Assembly: GCA_964469555.1 (NCBI GenBank)
Contig: CAYYAQ010000004.1
Span: 28,093 to 83,471 of the forward strand
Direction of reading: 5' to 3'
From: an uncultured candidatus Brocadiaceae bacterium
GTDB taxonomy: Bacteria > Planctomycetota > UBA1135 > UBA2386
Length of the DNA: 55,379 nt
Below the pieces are notes generated by a model that was given only the letters and a program-made list of their open reading frames with translations, was not told the origin of the DNA and made no database searches. This document shows positions 40,950-51,896 of the stretch, piece after piece (position 1 is the first letter of the stretch; each line of letters starts with the position of its first letter). The position numbers were made by a program, and so were the translations under genes.

Positions 40950-42074
40950 CTACCGGGACAGCGCCCGCCGCACGGCCTCCCAGTCGATGGCGAGCGGGCG
41001 CCTCTCGGCCTCTCCCAATCCGTCGACCTGCCGATCGATCGCGTCGACCCGCTCGTCGTGGGTAGGGTGCGTGCTGATCCAGTGCAAGAGGTCCGGTAGC
41101 TCGGCACCCTCGGTCTTCATGCGCTCGAACATCGCGCTCAACGCCTCGGGGTCGAGTCCCGCGCCGTGCATCATCTCCACCGAGATCGCGTCCGCCTCCG
41201 CCTCGTCGCCGCGGCTGTAGTTGTTGATCGCGGCGGTCGCCAGAAACTCGGCGGACGCCGCGACCAGGACCCCCGTGTCGCCGAAAATCAGACCGACCGC
41301 CGCGATGATTCCGATCGACTGGCCGACGCGCTGGAGCCCGTGTCGCTCGAGCACGTGACCCATCTCGTGCGCCATCACGCCGGCGACCTCGTCCGCGGAA
41401 CCCGCGCGGGACAACAACCCGGTGTGGAATACCATCTGTCCACCGGGAAGCGCGAACGCGTTGATCGAGTCGTCCTCGACGACCATGACGCGGAAGTCCC
41501 ATTTCTCGTAACCGACGGGGATGTGTTGCTCCAGGCGCTCGAGAATCGTCGCCATCGCGTCTTTCACGACGGGATCTTCGACCACCTGCATCGAGCCGGA
41601 GATCGAGCGAATGGAAACATCGCCGAGTTCTTGATCGATCGAGGTCGGCAGGCTGCGCACCGTCCGCTCCACCAACCACCCGAAGACCGTCGGCGCGGTT
41701 ATCGCGAGGATGGCGAGGACGACGACAATCGTCAGGGCCACGCCGCGGCCAGACCACCTCCGGCGGATCCTAGTCACCAGCAGTTGATTCGCCTTGTCAC
41801 TCGTCTCCGTGTGGAGGCTCGCGGCGAGCGCGCGAAGGAAATCGGTGTCGGCGGTGTAGACCGACGTCTCGCGATTCACGCCGTGACAGAACACGACCCC
41901 GCCCCCGGTGCCACCGAGCTCGAGCTCGAGCTCTTCGTAGGGAACGACGAACGTATGGCCGTCCGCGGTCCGCACGCGGATGCCAGCGGTGTCGATGTCC
42001 ACAGAGCCCGCGGCCCTACCGTTGGGAAGTGACGCGTGGTAGACCCCGCCTGTGAACTCCTGCGTGGCCTGCAC
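40950..42074 (-). CDS. M48 family zinc metallopeptidase
   Basis: NAFALPGG, AHEMGH, YSRGDEAEAD, STHP. Confidence 0.92.
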   Translation of the reverse strand: MQATQEFTGGVYHASLPNGRAAGSVDIDTAGIRVRTADGHTFVVPYEELELELGGTGGGVVFCHGVNRETSVYTADTDFLRALAASLHTETSDKANQLLVTRIRRRWSGRGVALTIVVVLAILAITAPTVFGWLVERTVRSLPTSIDQELGDVSIRSISGSMQVVEDPVVKDAMATILERLEQHIPVGYEKWDFRVMVVEDDSINAFALPGGQMVFHTGLLSRAGSADEVAGVMAHEMGHVLERHGLQRVGQSIGIIAAVGLIFGDTGVLVAASAEFLATAAINNYSRGDEAEADAISVEMMHGAGLDPEALSAMFERMKTEGAELPDLLHWISTHPTHDERVDAIDRQVDGLGEAERRPLAIDWEAVRRALSR

Positions 42075-43102
42075 TACTTCTTGTGGCGGTGCGTCGTGCC
42101 CGGTTCGTGGGAGTGGTCACTCGCGCCGGTGTGCGAGAGCTCGGCGGCTGCCGCGTCTCGCCAGCGTGAGTCGGGGAAACGCGAAACGACCGTCGTGAAT
42201 GCGCGCTTCGCGTCATCGTCTCGACCGGATTCGTGGCAGGCGCGACCGTATTCGAACCACACGCGGTCGACTTCCTCGTTGGACTCGTCCGCACGCAGCC
42301 TGGACAGGATCGCGTGAGCGTCCTGCACGCGCCGCTCCGCCATGGCGATCATGGCCTCCGTGAGTTGAACTTCACTGCGGTGCGCGGCGCCGTCTGGGTT
42401 CTCTTCCTCCAGATGTCCCAGCCATTCGCGAGCCTCGCGATGGTTGCCTCGATCAACTTCGATGCGGGCGAGCCGCTCGCACGCACGAATCACCTCGTCG
42501 CGCGAACTCTTGTCGCCGGAATCCAGCAGCGTGACGAGCGTGAAGTGCTTGTAGGCCACGAACGGATTGCCGCTCACGAGGTACGCCTCCGCCAGCAGGA
42601 ACGCGCTCCTGCGTTGTGACGCGCGCTGGCCCCGCATCGGGAGCTTCTTCAGATCCGCCGACAACGTCGTGACGAGTGGGTAGGCCTCCTCCGCCTGCCG
42701 GACGAACCGCACGAAATCCGAGCACGGTGCGTGCCCCAGGCGCGCCGCGACGACGAGACCATCTCGGTCCATCACGCAAGCCGCAAGGCGAGGGGCGGTG
42801 TCGAAAATGGCGCGGAAGGCCTTCGGATGTTGCGTGGCCACGAGCCGAACCGTTTCGTGTCCGGCGACACTCGCTCGCACTTCAGCGGACGCATCGAGTT
42901 CACGCTCCATCGCTGCGGCGCGCGTCGCTGCCGGCGATCCGTCCGGGAGAGTGAAATGCACGATCACCAGGCGATCCACGGAGGCTCTCGCCTTGGCCGC
43001 CGCGAGGTCGTTCGTCCACTCCATCTTCCCAGGCGCGACAGCACAGCCGAGGAAACTGGAAGTGACGAACAGAACTGGGAGAGCGACGCGGGTGCCGATC
43101 AT
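42074..43102 (-). CDS. Lipoprotein with a thioredoxin-like N-terminal domain (no CxxC) and TPR-like C-terminus
   Basis: Lipobox FLGC; WTNDLAAAKARA; C-terminal AKRAFTTVVSRFPDSRW. Confidence 0.7.
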   Translation of the reverse strand: MIGTRVALPVLFVTSSFLGCAVAPGKMEWTNDLAAAKARASVDRLVIVHFTLPDGSPAATRAAAMERELDASAEVRASVAGHETVRLVATQHPKAFRAIFDTAPRLAACVMDRDGLVVAARLGHAPCSDFVRFVRQAEEAYPLVTTLSADLKKLPMRGQRASQRRSAFLLAEAYLVSGNPFVAYKHFTLVTLLDSGDKSSRDEVIRACERLARIEVDRGNHREAREWLGHLEEENPDGAAHRSEVQLTEAMIAMAERRVQDAHAILSRLRADESNEEVDRVWFEYGRACHESGRDDDAKRAFTTVVSRFPDSRWRDAAAAELSHTGASDHSHEPGTTHRHKK

Positions 43103-43119
43103 TCCAAGAGGATAGAACG

Positions 43120-43182
43120 AACCAGGTATCGGACACCACATTGCATTCCGTTGGAATGCAATGTGGTGTCCGATACCTGGTT
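43120..43182. repeat. Perfect 30-bp inverted repeat with 3-nt loop (REP doublet / MITE-like)
   Basis: AACCAGGTATCGGACACCACATTGCATTCC-GTT-GGAATGCAATGTGGTGTCCGATACCTGGTT. Confidence 0.95.
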
Positions 43183-43199
43183 TCGCGTCGTGTCGCGCG

Positions 43200-43349
43200 T
43201 CAGCGGATGAGCCGCGTCCGCCGTTCCTTCGTGAGTTGATTGCTCAACTTGTTCAGGGTCTCACGCATCGCCCGTACTTCCTTGGACAGGGCTTCGACGC
43301 GCTTCTCGAGATTGCGATTCGACTTGGACGCGGCGGCCCGGGGGGCCAC
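43200..43349 (-). pseudogene. 49-codon coiled-coil ORF, probably an orphan C-terminus
   Basis: My translation: VAPRAAASKSNRNLEKRVEALSKEVRAMRETLNKLSNQLTKERRTRLIR*. Codon usage looks coding; no clear RBS. Confidence 0.45.
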
Positions 43350-43449
43350 TGAGGTAGCGCCCGCCTTGGCCCGGCCAGGAAGCCCGAGCCGGTCCTGGGC
43401 GGGCGGCGGGTTCTAACACCCCGTCCGGCCCACGCCTACAACGCGACGC

Positions 43450-44079
43450 CTACAGATCCGCGAGCGCTGTCGGGTTCCAGGAGGCGAGGCGCACCCCGTT
43501 GGCAAAGCAATCGAGCACCCCGATTCCCGCGTACGGCAGGTTCAGGCTGGCGCACCGACTCAGCCGCATCCCGAGCATGGCCGTGGCAAACCCGGAGATC
43601 ATGGCGCCACTCGTGACGACGACGAGGGTCTCTTGCAACGCTGCCGGCGCCGCCTCCTTCCACCAATCGAACATGCGCTCCACGGCGACGCCGAGACTCT
43701 CCCCCTCGGGCGCGGCGCTCTCGCCGAAGTTCGAGAAGAACTCCTGCACGGTCGAGCCGTCCTCCTGGACGAGTTCGTCCCAGGACCGCCCCTGCCAACG
43801 TCCCATGTCCTGGTCGGCGAGCCGCGGATCCGGACAGAGCTCCACCTGCTTCTTCGCTGCCAGCGCCCTGGCGGGGTCCACGCATTGTGGCTGGTTGGAA
43901 CAGTGGACCGCCGCTACGGCGACGTTCTCGAAGATCTCGAGCCAGCGCAGAACCTGGGCCTGCCCGCGACGCCCCACGAGCGCCTCGCCCCCGCCGACCG
44001 CGATCGTCGCGAACGACGGCTCGAGTTCCGGATGACGGAGCAGGATCAGCCTGGAGAAATCTGTCGGTTCGGGGAGCAC
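43450..44079 (-). CDS. Histidine phosphatase (phosphoglycerate mutase-like) family protein, degenerate
   Basis: LILLRHP, DPRLADQDMGRWQG, PEGESL, and LVVTSG where the second His is expected. Confidence 0.78.
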   Translation of the reverse strand: MLPEPTDFSRLILLRHPELEPSFATIAVGGGEALVGRRGQAQVLRWLEIFENVAVAAVHCSNQPQCVDPARALAAKKQVELCPDPRLADQDMGRWQGRSWDELVQEDGSTVQEFFSNFGESAAPEGESLGVAVERMFDWWKEAAPAALQETLVVVTSGAMISGFATAMLGMRLSRCASLNLPYAGIGVLDCFANGVRLASWNPTALADL

Positions 44080-44139
44080 GCCAACAAGCTCAGATGCTGG
44101 TTGACCCGTGTCAAGCCCGAGCCCTACCGTCTCGCGTCC

Positions 44140-45717
44140 ATGTTCGAGTTTTTGAAGACCGGCATCGACGGGCTCGACGCGATCCTGGGTGGCGGCATCC
44201 GGTATCCCGCCGAGTCGTCGGCATTTGTCTTCGCGACCGGCGGCGCCGGATCGGGCAAGACGATCCTCGCCTTGGAGATGCTCACCCGCGCGTGGCTCGA
44301 CGGGGAAGACGGGACGACGTTCCTCTACTACTCCGTGGAACACTCGCCCAAGAACCTGTTCGCAAAGCTGCAGACCGACTTCGACTTCTTCGGCGCGGAG
44401 GCGGAGATCTTGGAGTTGGAGCAGGAGGTCCCCCACAAGGTCTGCCTCGAGGCGCGGACGCCGAAGGGGCGCACGCGCATGGTGCTGACCCAGGCCGACA
44501 CGAGCGGACTGATGAGCCCGGGGGCGGGCAGTTTCCACATCGACGTCGACTGGATCCTGGCGGAGATCGGCAACTACGATCTCGGCGGCAAGGTCGGCAT
44601 GGTGTGCATCGACAACGTCGGCCTGTTGCTCACGGACCTCGACTACTTCGCGAAGCGCGCCAAGCTCCTCGAGACGCGGCGGGCGTTGATGTCGAAGCAG
44701 ATCCACGGGATCTTCGTGCGCGAAGAGAGCGACGCCGACCTACGGTTGCCGAGCGCTGAGGAATTCTCGACGGACCTGCTGCTGCACCTGTCGTTCCTCG
44801 AGGTGAACGGCGTCTTCAAGGCGCGCGTCATCGAGATCCTGAAGGCGCGCCACCAGTACTACTACCGGGGCCACCACCACTTCTCGATCGCGGGACGCGG
44901 CATCCAGCGAGACGTGTACCTGGGGGCGCGCAACGAGCGCGGACCGGGTTTGCACATCTACCCATCCGTCGCCGCACAGCTGTCGATCGCACGAGACCAT
45001 GCCGGCTTCAGGGTGGCGCCAAGAGGAGTCGATCCCATCGACCTCGGGCATCCCGATCTCAACGCAGCGTTCCATCCGGACTACCGTCCCACGGCCAACT
45101 CCTCGACGATTCTTCTCGCCGAACCGGGGACACGCTACACGTTCCTCGCACTGCGCTTCCTCGCCGCCGCGGCGGTCGAGGGGGAACAGACCCTGCTGGT
45201 CTCGACGAAGGAAGATCGCGAGGCGCTGCGCAGCATCTGCGCCGATCGCACGGAGTTGTTGCCATGTCTTCAGGATGACGGCAACTTCAACTCGTCGTTC
45301 CGCGTGCTGTATCTGCATCCGGAGTTCATCAGTACGGGCAAGTTCGCGTGGGACATCATGCGCATGGCGCAGGGCGGTCACGGCCACGAGGGGCAGGAGC
45401 CGCTCTCGCGGATGGTGTTCGACAACGTCTTCCAGTTGCAGAGTCGGTTCCCGCTGCTGGACAACCAGCAGTTCATGGTGCGCGCGTTGCTCGATCTGCT
45501 GCGCTACCAGGGCGTCACGCCGTTCTTCGTGGACCTGGTGCCGCCTGGCACGGGGCATGGCCTCGCGAACATCAACCCGTCGCCGTACTTGACGACGTTC
45601 GACAACGTGTTGCACCTGTACCTCGACGAGTCCGATGGTGAGGCTCGACCCTACATTCGGGTCCTGAAATCCATGGCGATGGAGTCCTTGCAACCCGCGG
45701 TACCGCTGAGGTACTAG
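44140..45717 (+). CDS. KaiC/RAD55-like ATPase with two RecA-like domains
   Basis: KTGIDGLDAILGGG, Walker A GGAGSGKT, YSVE, EEFSTD, IEILKAR; the second domain's P-loop is degenerate (AEPGTRYT). Confidence 0.85.
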   Translation: MFEFLKTGIDGLDAILGGGIRYPAESSAFVFATGGAGSGKTILALEMLTRAWLDGEDGTTFLYYSVEHSPKNLFAKLQTDFDFFGAEAEILELEQEVPHKVCLEARTPKGRTRMVLTQADTSGLMSPGAGSFHIDVDWILAEIGNYDLGGKVGMVCIDNVGLLLTDLDYFAKRAKLLETRRALMSKQIHGIFVREESDADLRLPSAEEFSTDLLLHLSFLEVNGVFKARVIEILKARHQYYYRGHHHFSIAGRGIQRDVYLGARNERGPGLHIYPSVAAQLSIARDHAGFRVAPRGVDPIDLGHPDLNAAFHPDYRPTANSSTILLAEPGTRYTFLALRFLAAAAVEGEQTLLVSTKEDREALRSICADRTELLPCLQDDGNFNSSFRVLYLHPEFISTGKFAWDIMRMAQGGHGHEGQEPLSRMVFDNVFQLQSRFPLLDNQQFMVRALLDLLRYQGVTPFFVDLVPPGTGHGLANINPSPYLTTFDNVLHLYLDESDGEARPYIRVLKSMAMESLQPAVPLRY

Positions 45718-45731
45718 CCGTCCGCCACTCC

Positions 45732-47672
45732 CTACCCGCCCCGGTGCCCGTCGACGATCTCCTGCACCACCGACGGGTCCGCGAGCGTGCTGATGTCGCC
45801 GAGGTCCTCGTAGTTCCCCTGCGCGATCTGGCGCAGGATCCGGCGCATGATCTTCCCCGACCGCGTCTTCGGCAGACCAGGAACGATCTGGATGCGATCT
45901 GGCGTCGCGATCGGCCCGATGACCTCGCGAACCTGGTTCTTGAGCATCTGGATCGATTCGTCGTTCAACATCGTCGCGACGTCGCCCTTCGGAAGAACGT
46001 ACGCGAAGATGCCGGTGCCCTTGATCTCGTGCGGTATGCCCACTACCGCAGCCTCGGCGACCGCGTCGTGCGCCACGAGCGCGCTCTCGACCTCCGCAGT
46101 TCCGAGTCGGTGACCCGAGACGTTCAAGACGTCGTCCACCCGGCCAGTAATCCAGTAGTAGCCGTCCGCATCGCGCCGACACCCGTCGCCCGTGAAATAC
46201 AACCCGGGGTACTGCGAGAAATACGTCTCCCGAAAGCGCGCGTGATCGCCGTAGATCGTCCGCGCCTGACCGGGCCACGTCGAACGAATGCAGAGGTTGC
46301 CGCGCACGTCGTTGCCCTCGATCTCCTTACCCTCTTCGTCGACGAGCACGGGGTCGATGCCGAAGAACGGGAACGTCGCCGATCCCGGCTTGCACGGCGT
46401 AGCTCCGGGAAACGGTGAGATCAGGATCCCACCGGTCTCGGTCTGCCACCACGTGTCGACGATCGCGCAGCTGCCCTCGCCCACCGTGTTGTGGTACCAC
46501 TCCCAGACTTCGGGATTGATGGGCTCACCGACCGTGCCGAGGATTCGCAGACTGCTGCGGTCGTGCTTCGTCACCATCTCGTCGCCGAACCGATGCACCG
46601 CGCGCAGCGCCGTCGGAGCGGTGTAGAAGATGTTGATCTTCAACTCCTCGATCATGCGCCAGTAGCGGCTCGCGTCGGGATAGACCGGCGTCGACTCGAA
46701 CATCACCGTCGTCCCGCCATTGCACAGAGGGCCGTAGACGATGTAGCTGTGACCAGTGACCCAACCGATGTCGGCGGCGCAGCAATACACGTCACCGTCG
46801 TGGTAGTCGAAGATGAGCTCGTGGGTCAGCGAGGCGAACAGCAGATAGCCCGCGGTCGTGTGCATGAGACCCTTCGGCTTGCCCGTCGACCCCGAGGTGT
46901 ACAAGATGAAGAGGGGGTCTTCGGCATCCACCCACTCAGCGGGACAAACCGGACGCTGACGCGCCATCTCGTCCCCGAGCCAGAAGTCGCGAACATCCTG
47001 GATGTGAACCTCGGTCTCCGTGCGGCGCGCGACGAGCACGGTCTCGACACAAGTGTTCTCCACAGCCTTGTCGACGGTCTGCTTCAGCGGAATCGTCTTG
47101 CCTCCGCGCAAACCTTCGTTCGCCGTCAGCACGATTCGACAATCCGCGTCGACGATGCGATCCCGCAGAGCCTCGGCCGAGAATCCTGCGAAGACGACCG
47201 AATGGATCGCCCCGATGCGCGAGCAGGCGAGCATGCCGTAGGCGAGTTCCGGAATCATCGGCATGTAGAAACAGACGCGGTCACCGCGCTTCACGCCGTG
47301 GTGCTTGAGCACGTTTGCCATGCGACACACCTGGTCGCGAAGGTCCGCGTAGGTGATGTGTTCGTACTCACCCGCTTCGTCTCTGGCCCAGATGATCGCC
47401 GTCTGGTCGCCGCGCTGATCGACGTGTCGATCAACACAGTTGTAGCTGACGTTCAGCTTGGCGTTCTCGAACCAGGAGAACCCGGCGGTGTCGAAGTCCT
47501 CGGTGCACACGCGGTCGTACGGCTCGAAGAACGTCAGGCGGCTCGCTTGCTGATCCCAGAAATCCTCGGGGTCCGCGACCGACTTCTGATACGTCTTCTC
47601 GTACTCATCCATCGAGGCGATGTGGGCCCGGTTTACCAGAGGCTGATTGGGGGGATAGATCGGATCCGACAT
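45732..47672 (-). CDS. acs: Acetyl-CoA synthetase
   Basis: [54 protein letters not shown]. Confidence 0.97.
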   Translation of the reverse strand: MSDPIYPPNQPLVNRAHIASMDEYEKTYQKSVADPEDFWDQQASRLTFFEPYDRVCTEDFDTAGFSWFENAKLNVSYNCVDRHVDQRGDQTAIIWARDEAGEYEHITYADLRDQVCRMANVLKHHGVKRGDRVCFYMPMIPELAYGMLACSRIGAIHSVVFAGFSAEALRDRIVDADCRIVLTANEGLRGGKTIPLKQTVDKAVENTCVETVLVARRTETEVHIQDVRDFWLGDEMARQRPVCPAEWVDAEDPLFILYTSGSTGKPKGLMHTTAGYLLFASLTHELIFDYHDGDVYCCAADIGWVTGHSYIVYGPLCNGGTTVMFESTPVYPDASRYWRMIEELKINIFYTAPTALRAVHRFGDEMVTKHDRSSLRILGTVGEPINPEVWEWYHNTVGEGSCAIVDTWWQTETGGILISPFPGATPCKPGSATFPFFGIDPVLVDEEGKEIEGNDVRGNLCIRSTWPGQARTIYGDHARFRETYFSQYPGLYFTGDGCRRDADGYYWITGRVDDVLNVSGHRLGTAEVESALVAHDAVAEAAVVGIPHEIKGTGIFAYVLPKGDVATMLNDESIQMLKNQVREVIGPIATPDRIQIVPGLPKTRSGKIMRRILRQIAQGNYEDLGDISTLADPSVVQEIVDGHRGG

Positions 47673-47701
47673 GATCTTGTGGTTTGCCGAGAGGGAGGAA
47701 G

Positions 47702-49189
47702 TTACAGACCGCGCACCCACTGCAGGAGTGTCCGCACGGCAGTGCCGGTGGCTCCGCCAGTGTAGTAGTCCTTGGCCTTGGCGCCCCACGCAGCACCAGC
47801 GATATCGATATGCGCCCACTTCACGCCCTTCGTGAAGAAGGACAGGAAGGCGCCACCGGAAATGCTCCCGTTGCCGTGGGCGGCGCTGTTCAGATTGCTG
47901 ACGTCAGCGAACTTGCCCTTGATTTGATCACGGTGCACATCCCAGAGAGGGAGTTGCCACAGCGGTTCATCGGCGAGTTGGCCGGCCTCGATCAAGTCGT
48001 CGATGAGGTCGTCATCGGTCCCCATGACCCCGGCCATCTCGTGGCCGAGCGCGACGACGACCGCACCGGTCAACGTCGCGAGGTCGATCATCCAGTCCGG
48101 CTTGTAGGACTTCTTCGCGTAGGCCAACGCATCAGCAAGGATCAGACGCCCCTCGGCGTCCGTGTTGAGCACTTCGATCGTCGTACCGTCGCACGCCGTG
48201 ACGACGTCGCCCGGCCTTTGCGCCTGAGACCCCGGCATGTTCTCTGACGAGGGCACAAGACCCACGACGCGCACCTTGCCTCTCGCCCCCTTCATGCCTC
48301 CGTCGCGAATCGCGTGGAACAGACCGAGGACGGCGCCGCCACCGCACATGTCGTAGCGCATCTCATCCATCTTCGCGCTCGGCTTGATGCTGATGCCGCC
48401 GGTGTCGAAGGTCAGTCCCTTGCCGACGATGCAGACGGTCTTCTTGTAGCCCGGGGGCTTGTAGTCCATGAGCATCAGCTTGGCCGGCTCCTTGCTGCCG
48501 CGCGACACACCGAGGAGCGCGCCCATCTTCAGGCGTTTCATCGCCACCTCGTCGAGGACCTTCACCGTGAGTCCGGGCGCCTTCAAGCGGCGTGCTTCTG
48601 CCGCGAGAAACGTAGGCGTCGCGAGATTGCCGGGCATGTTCTCGATGTCGCGGGCGAACGTCGTCGCTTCCGCGCCGATACGACCGAGGTTCAGCCCCGC
48701 CTTGAAACCCTTGGCGTCCTTGCCGCGGTAGAGCACTTCCGCGTGTTGACCGTGGCGCTTCTCGGGCTTCGTGCCGGTCGGCTTCTCGTAACGGTACGCA
48801 CCGAGAATCAGCCCCTCCGCGATGACCCGACCGGCGACTTCCGCGTCGAGGCCCTTGTGGTCGCCGGCCTGCACCGACAAGCGGAATTTCTTGACCTTCA
48901 GGGCCTCGGCCTTCTTTTGGATCACGGCGACGGCGCGGCGCAGCGTCTCGGTCGTGATGTCCGCCCGCTTGCCCATTCCACAGAAGACGACTCGCTTCGC
49001 GCTCTTCGCGTCGTGCGCGTAGAAGATGCTGGTCGCCCGCGTGTCAGTGGAGAGATCACCGGTCGACTTGGCCTTCTTGACGAACGCCGAATAGGCACCG
49101 CCGAGGTCTGGATTTGGCCCCGCGTATGCGAGAGCGACGAGCAGTTCGGGTTTCGATTTCCCGGAGGCGGCGACGAGTCGGATCTTCAT
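47702..49189 (-). CDS. pepA: Leucyl aminopeptidase (M17)
   Basis: [47 protein letters not shown]. Confidence 0.96.
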   Translation of the reverse strand: MKIRLVAASGKSKPELLVALAYAGPNPDLGGAYSAFVKKAKSTGDLSTDTRATSIFYAHDAKSAKRVVFCGMGKRADITTETLRRAVAVIQKKAEALKVKKFRLSVQAGDHKGLDAEVAGRVIAEGLILGAYRYEKPTGTKPEKRHGQHAEVLYRGKDAKGFKAGLNLGRIGAEATTFARDIENMPGNLATPTFLAAEARRLKAPGLTVKVLDEVAMKRLKMGALLGVSRGSKEPAKLMLMDYKPPGYKKTVCIVGKGLTFDTGGISIKPSAKMDEMRYDMCGGGAVLGLFHAIRDGGMKGARGKVRVVGLVPSSENMPGSQAQRPGDVVTACDGTTIEVLNTDAEGRLILADALAYAKKSYKPDWMIDLATLTGAVVVALGHEMAGVMGTDDDLIDDLIEAGQLADEPLWQLPLWDVHRDQIKGKFADVSNLNSAAHGNGSISGGAFLSFFTKGVKWAHIDIAGAAWGAKAKDYYTGGATGTAVRTLLQWVRGL

Positions 49190-49420
49190 GGCGATAGGTT
49201 TATCGCGTGGCGACCTCCCGCTCCACTGGGTTTTTCTCGCTGGGTTTCTCGCTGAGATTCCCTCGGCGGGCCCGTCAGCGGATCGTCAACTCGAGTCCGC
49301 GCGAAGTGATCAACCCGGTCTTCATCATCGTGTCGCGCGTCGGGAGGCGGGGATCGAGAGGCTGGCAAGTTGGTCAGGGCGGAGCCGCGAATCCGGAAGC
49401 CTCCACAGCCGACTGACGCC

Positions 49421-50110
49421 TCACGCCGGCCCGCTCGGCAACTCCCCCACCCAACGACTCTCGCCGTCCTTGCCTGCGAGCAACTCGCGTTTGAAGATCG
49501 GCACCGATGCCTTCAATCGGTCCATCAGGAACTGGCTGGCCTCGAACGCCGCGCCACGGTGTTCCGCCGCGACGGCGACCAGCACCGAAGTTTCGCCGAG
49601 CGGCACATCCCCCAGGCGATGCACGACGCGCGCGCGACTGATTTCGAATCGCTTGACGGCTTCCTCGAAGATCTGCCCCATCACCTTTCGAGCCATCTCT
49701 TCGTAGCACTCGTAGCTCAGCAACGCGACCGCGACCCCATCGTTGTGGTCGCGCGTGACGCCCGCGAACGTGACGATCGCGCCGTCCCGATCCGACCGCA
49801 CCTCGGCCTCGAGCGACCGAGGATCGATCGGTTCCCTCGTCAGATCGAAGCGGTATAGCTCCGCCGTACCGGAACCACCGCTGATCGGCGGAATGAACGC
49901 GACCTCGTCGCCCTCGCGCAGTTCCCGACTTGCCTCGGCGTAGTCTTGGTTGACCGCGTAGGCGACGGGCATGCGAACCAACTCCGGCGAACGCTCGGCG
50001 AGCTTCGCCTTCAACTGTTCGACGGTGGTCCCCTCGTCGACATCCACCTCGAGCACCTCGGTGCCGAGCATGTCGCGAACGGAAGCAAGGCAGCGGATTG
50101 TGATCTTCAC
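49421..50110 (-). CDS. Molybdopterin synthase MoaD-MoaE fusion
   Basis: AVNQDY...GDEVAFIPPISGG continuing in frame into GAIVTFAGVTR...HRGAAF...LKASVPIFKRE. Confidence 0.92.
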   Translation of the reverse strand: MKITIRCLASVRDMLGTEVLEVDVDEGTTVEQLKAKLAERSPELVRMPVAYAVNQDYAEASRELREGDEVAFIPPISGGSGTAELYRFDLTREPIDPRSLEAEVRSDRDGAIVTFAGVTRDHNDGVAVALLSYECYEEMARKVMGQIFEEAVKRFEISRARVVHRLGDVPLGETSVLVAVAAEHRGAAFEASQFLMDRLKASVPIFKRELLAGKDGESRWVGELPSGPA

Positions 50111-50117
50111 AACCGGA

Positions 50118-50285
50118 TCATGGCACGTCGGCGTCGGCGTTGGAATCCCGCTGTCTCTGCAGTTCGGCGAACATCCGCTTGATGTCCCCAAAACCCGCGA
50201 TGATGACCCAGACGCTCATCACGGCGAAGAGACCTACTCCCGTGTAGATCGAGAATCTCCAGAACTCAGCCCAGCCTCCATCCAT
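50118..50285 (-). CDS. Small single-TM protein coupled to the SSS transporter
   Basis: MDGGWAEFWRFSIYTGVGLFAVMSVWVIIAGFGDIKRMF; ATG overlaps the symporter stop. Confidence 0.7.
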   Translation of the reverse strand: MDGGWAEFWRFSIYTGVGLFAVMSVWVIIAGFGDIKRMFAELQRQRDSNADADVP

Positions 50286-51817
50286 CACGCTTCCTCCACG
50301 GCGGGATTCTCCCGATCCGGAAACAACAGGGACCCGACGATCATCGCGATGGCCGCCAGTCCGAGGGTGCCCAACCCGATCCACTCCGCGTCCCAGTGCG
50401 CCACGCCGAGAGACTCCTTGACCGCTCCCAGGCCCAACAACGCAGCGAAACCGGAACACAGCGCGAGTGCCGCCCCGACGGAGCTCGCCCGCTTCCAGTA
50501 GAGCCCCGCGACCAGGACGACGATGGCGCCCGTGAAGTAGATCGCGCCGGTGATGCCCAGGTACTCCCACACTGCTTGCTGCGGGGTGTAGGCGATGCCC
50601 CAGAACAGGACCCACACGCCGATGACAACGATGCCGATCCTCGTCCACAGGAGCTGCTGCGCCTCGGTCGAGAAACCCCGCAGCGGGGCGATCACGTCCC
50701 GCGCGATGACGGACGACCAACACAAGAGGTAGCTGTCGTGGGTCGACATGAACGCCGCGAGCATCGCCGCAGTGATCAGACCGAGCACGCCGACAGGCAG
50801 GAGTTCCCGCAGCATGACCGGGAAGGCCTGGATGCTGGCGTACTCCTCTCCCCCACCCCACCCGAATTCGGGGTGCGGCATCTGGAACGAGCCGTCCTCG
50901 AGGAACACCGCTCCCACCTCGATGAGGAACACGTACGCCGCGATCCCCATGAAGCAGGGGATCAGGAAGCGCACCATGAACGAGATCGAAGAGAACGCGT
51001 ACTGGCGCCGCACGACCCGTTCGTCCCGCGCCGACAACGCCCTGGTCACGGCGGTCGGCCAGATCGCGCAACTCACGAATCCGATCACGGCCTGCCACGA
51101 CATGTAGCCCGGCCCGTGACCCTTCACCGGGTCGAACGCCTCCGGGCCACGGTGCCGACCCCAGATCTCGACGATCGTATCCATGCCGAAGTGATCGATG
51201 ACGAGCATCACCATGAAGATGAGCCCGATGGACAACACGACGAACTGCACGTAGTCCGTCAACACGACCGAGACCATCCCGCCGAGCACGGTGTAGACGA
51301 GCACGAGAACCAGGAGGCCCGTCATCACGAGTTTGAGCATCGCGCCATCCGGATCCAGACCGGTCGCGGCGACCACGAACTGCCCCCCGACCTGGAGGAA
51401 CAGACCCATGTTCAAGATGCCACCGAGTGCGAGGAGCACACCGCCGAGGATGCGCACGCGCTTTCCGAACCGCTGCTGGTAGAACTCGGGAATCGTCAAG
51501 ACACCGCTACGGCGCAGCCGCACGACAACGAATCCGGTGAGCCCGACCAACAGCGTGATCACGCCGGCGATCACCCCGATGTGCAACGCCTTGAACCCGT
51601 CCTCGTAGCCCTTCTGGGCCTGGTACATCACGGTGATCAACCCGAGTTCCGAACCGGTCATCGTCGCGATGGACAACGCGGTGCCGAGACTGCGCCCGGC
51701 GACGAGGTAGCCGGTCATCCCCGTGATGAAGCGGTTCGCCAGGAGTCCGATGCCGACCGAGATCGCCAGGTAGACGATGACGATGATCGTGTCCAACGTG
51801 GAGAACGAAGCCAGCAT
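50285..51817 (-). CDS. Sodium:solute symporter family protein
   Basis: YLVAGRSLG, TIPEFYQQRFG, YTVLGGMVSVVLTDYVQF, AAMLAAFMST. Confidence 0.93.
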   Translation of the reverse strand: MLASFSTLDTIIVIVYLAISVGIGLLANRFITGMTGYLVAGRSLGTALSIATMTGSELGLITVMYQAQKGYEDGFKALHIGVIAGVITLLVGLTGFVVVRLRRSGVLTIPEFYQQRFGKRVRILGGVLLALGGILNMGLFLQVGGQFVVAATGLDPDGAMLKLVMTGLLVLVLVYTVLGGMVSVVLTDYVQFVVLSIGLIFMVMLVIDHFGMDTIVEIWGRHRGPEAFDPVKGHGPGYMSWQAVIGFVSCAIWPTAVTRALSARDERVVRRQYAFSSISFMVRFLIPCFMGIAAYVFLIEVGAVFLEDGSFQMPHPEFGWGGGEEYASIQAFPVMLRELLPVGVLGLITAAMLAAFMSTHDSYLLCWSSVIARDVIAPLRGFSTEAQQLLWTRIGIVVIGVWVLFWGIAYTPQQAVWEYLGITGAIYFTGAIVVLVAGLYWKRASSVGAALALCSGFAALLGLGAVKESLGVAHWDAEWIGLGTLGLAAIAMIVGSLLFPDRENPAVEEA

Positions 51818-51896
51818 GGACCGGCAAGTGATAGCCGGGAACGCTCACCGAAGCGAGGAGCTTCGGTGTTGTCCTTCACACCGTCAACGCAGCTCC

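Noticed and set aside
44140-45717. Circadian clock kaiC
   Set aside because: No kaiA or kaiB is present and the second ATPase domain is degenerate, so it is called KaiC-like only.
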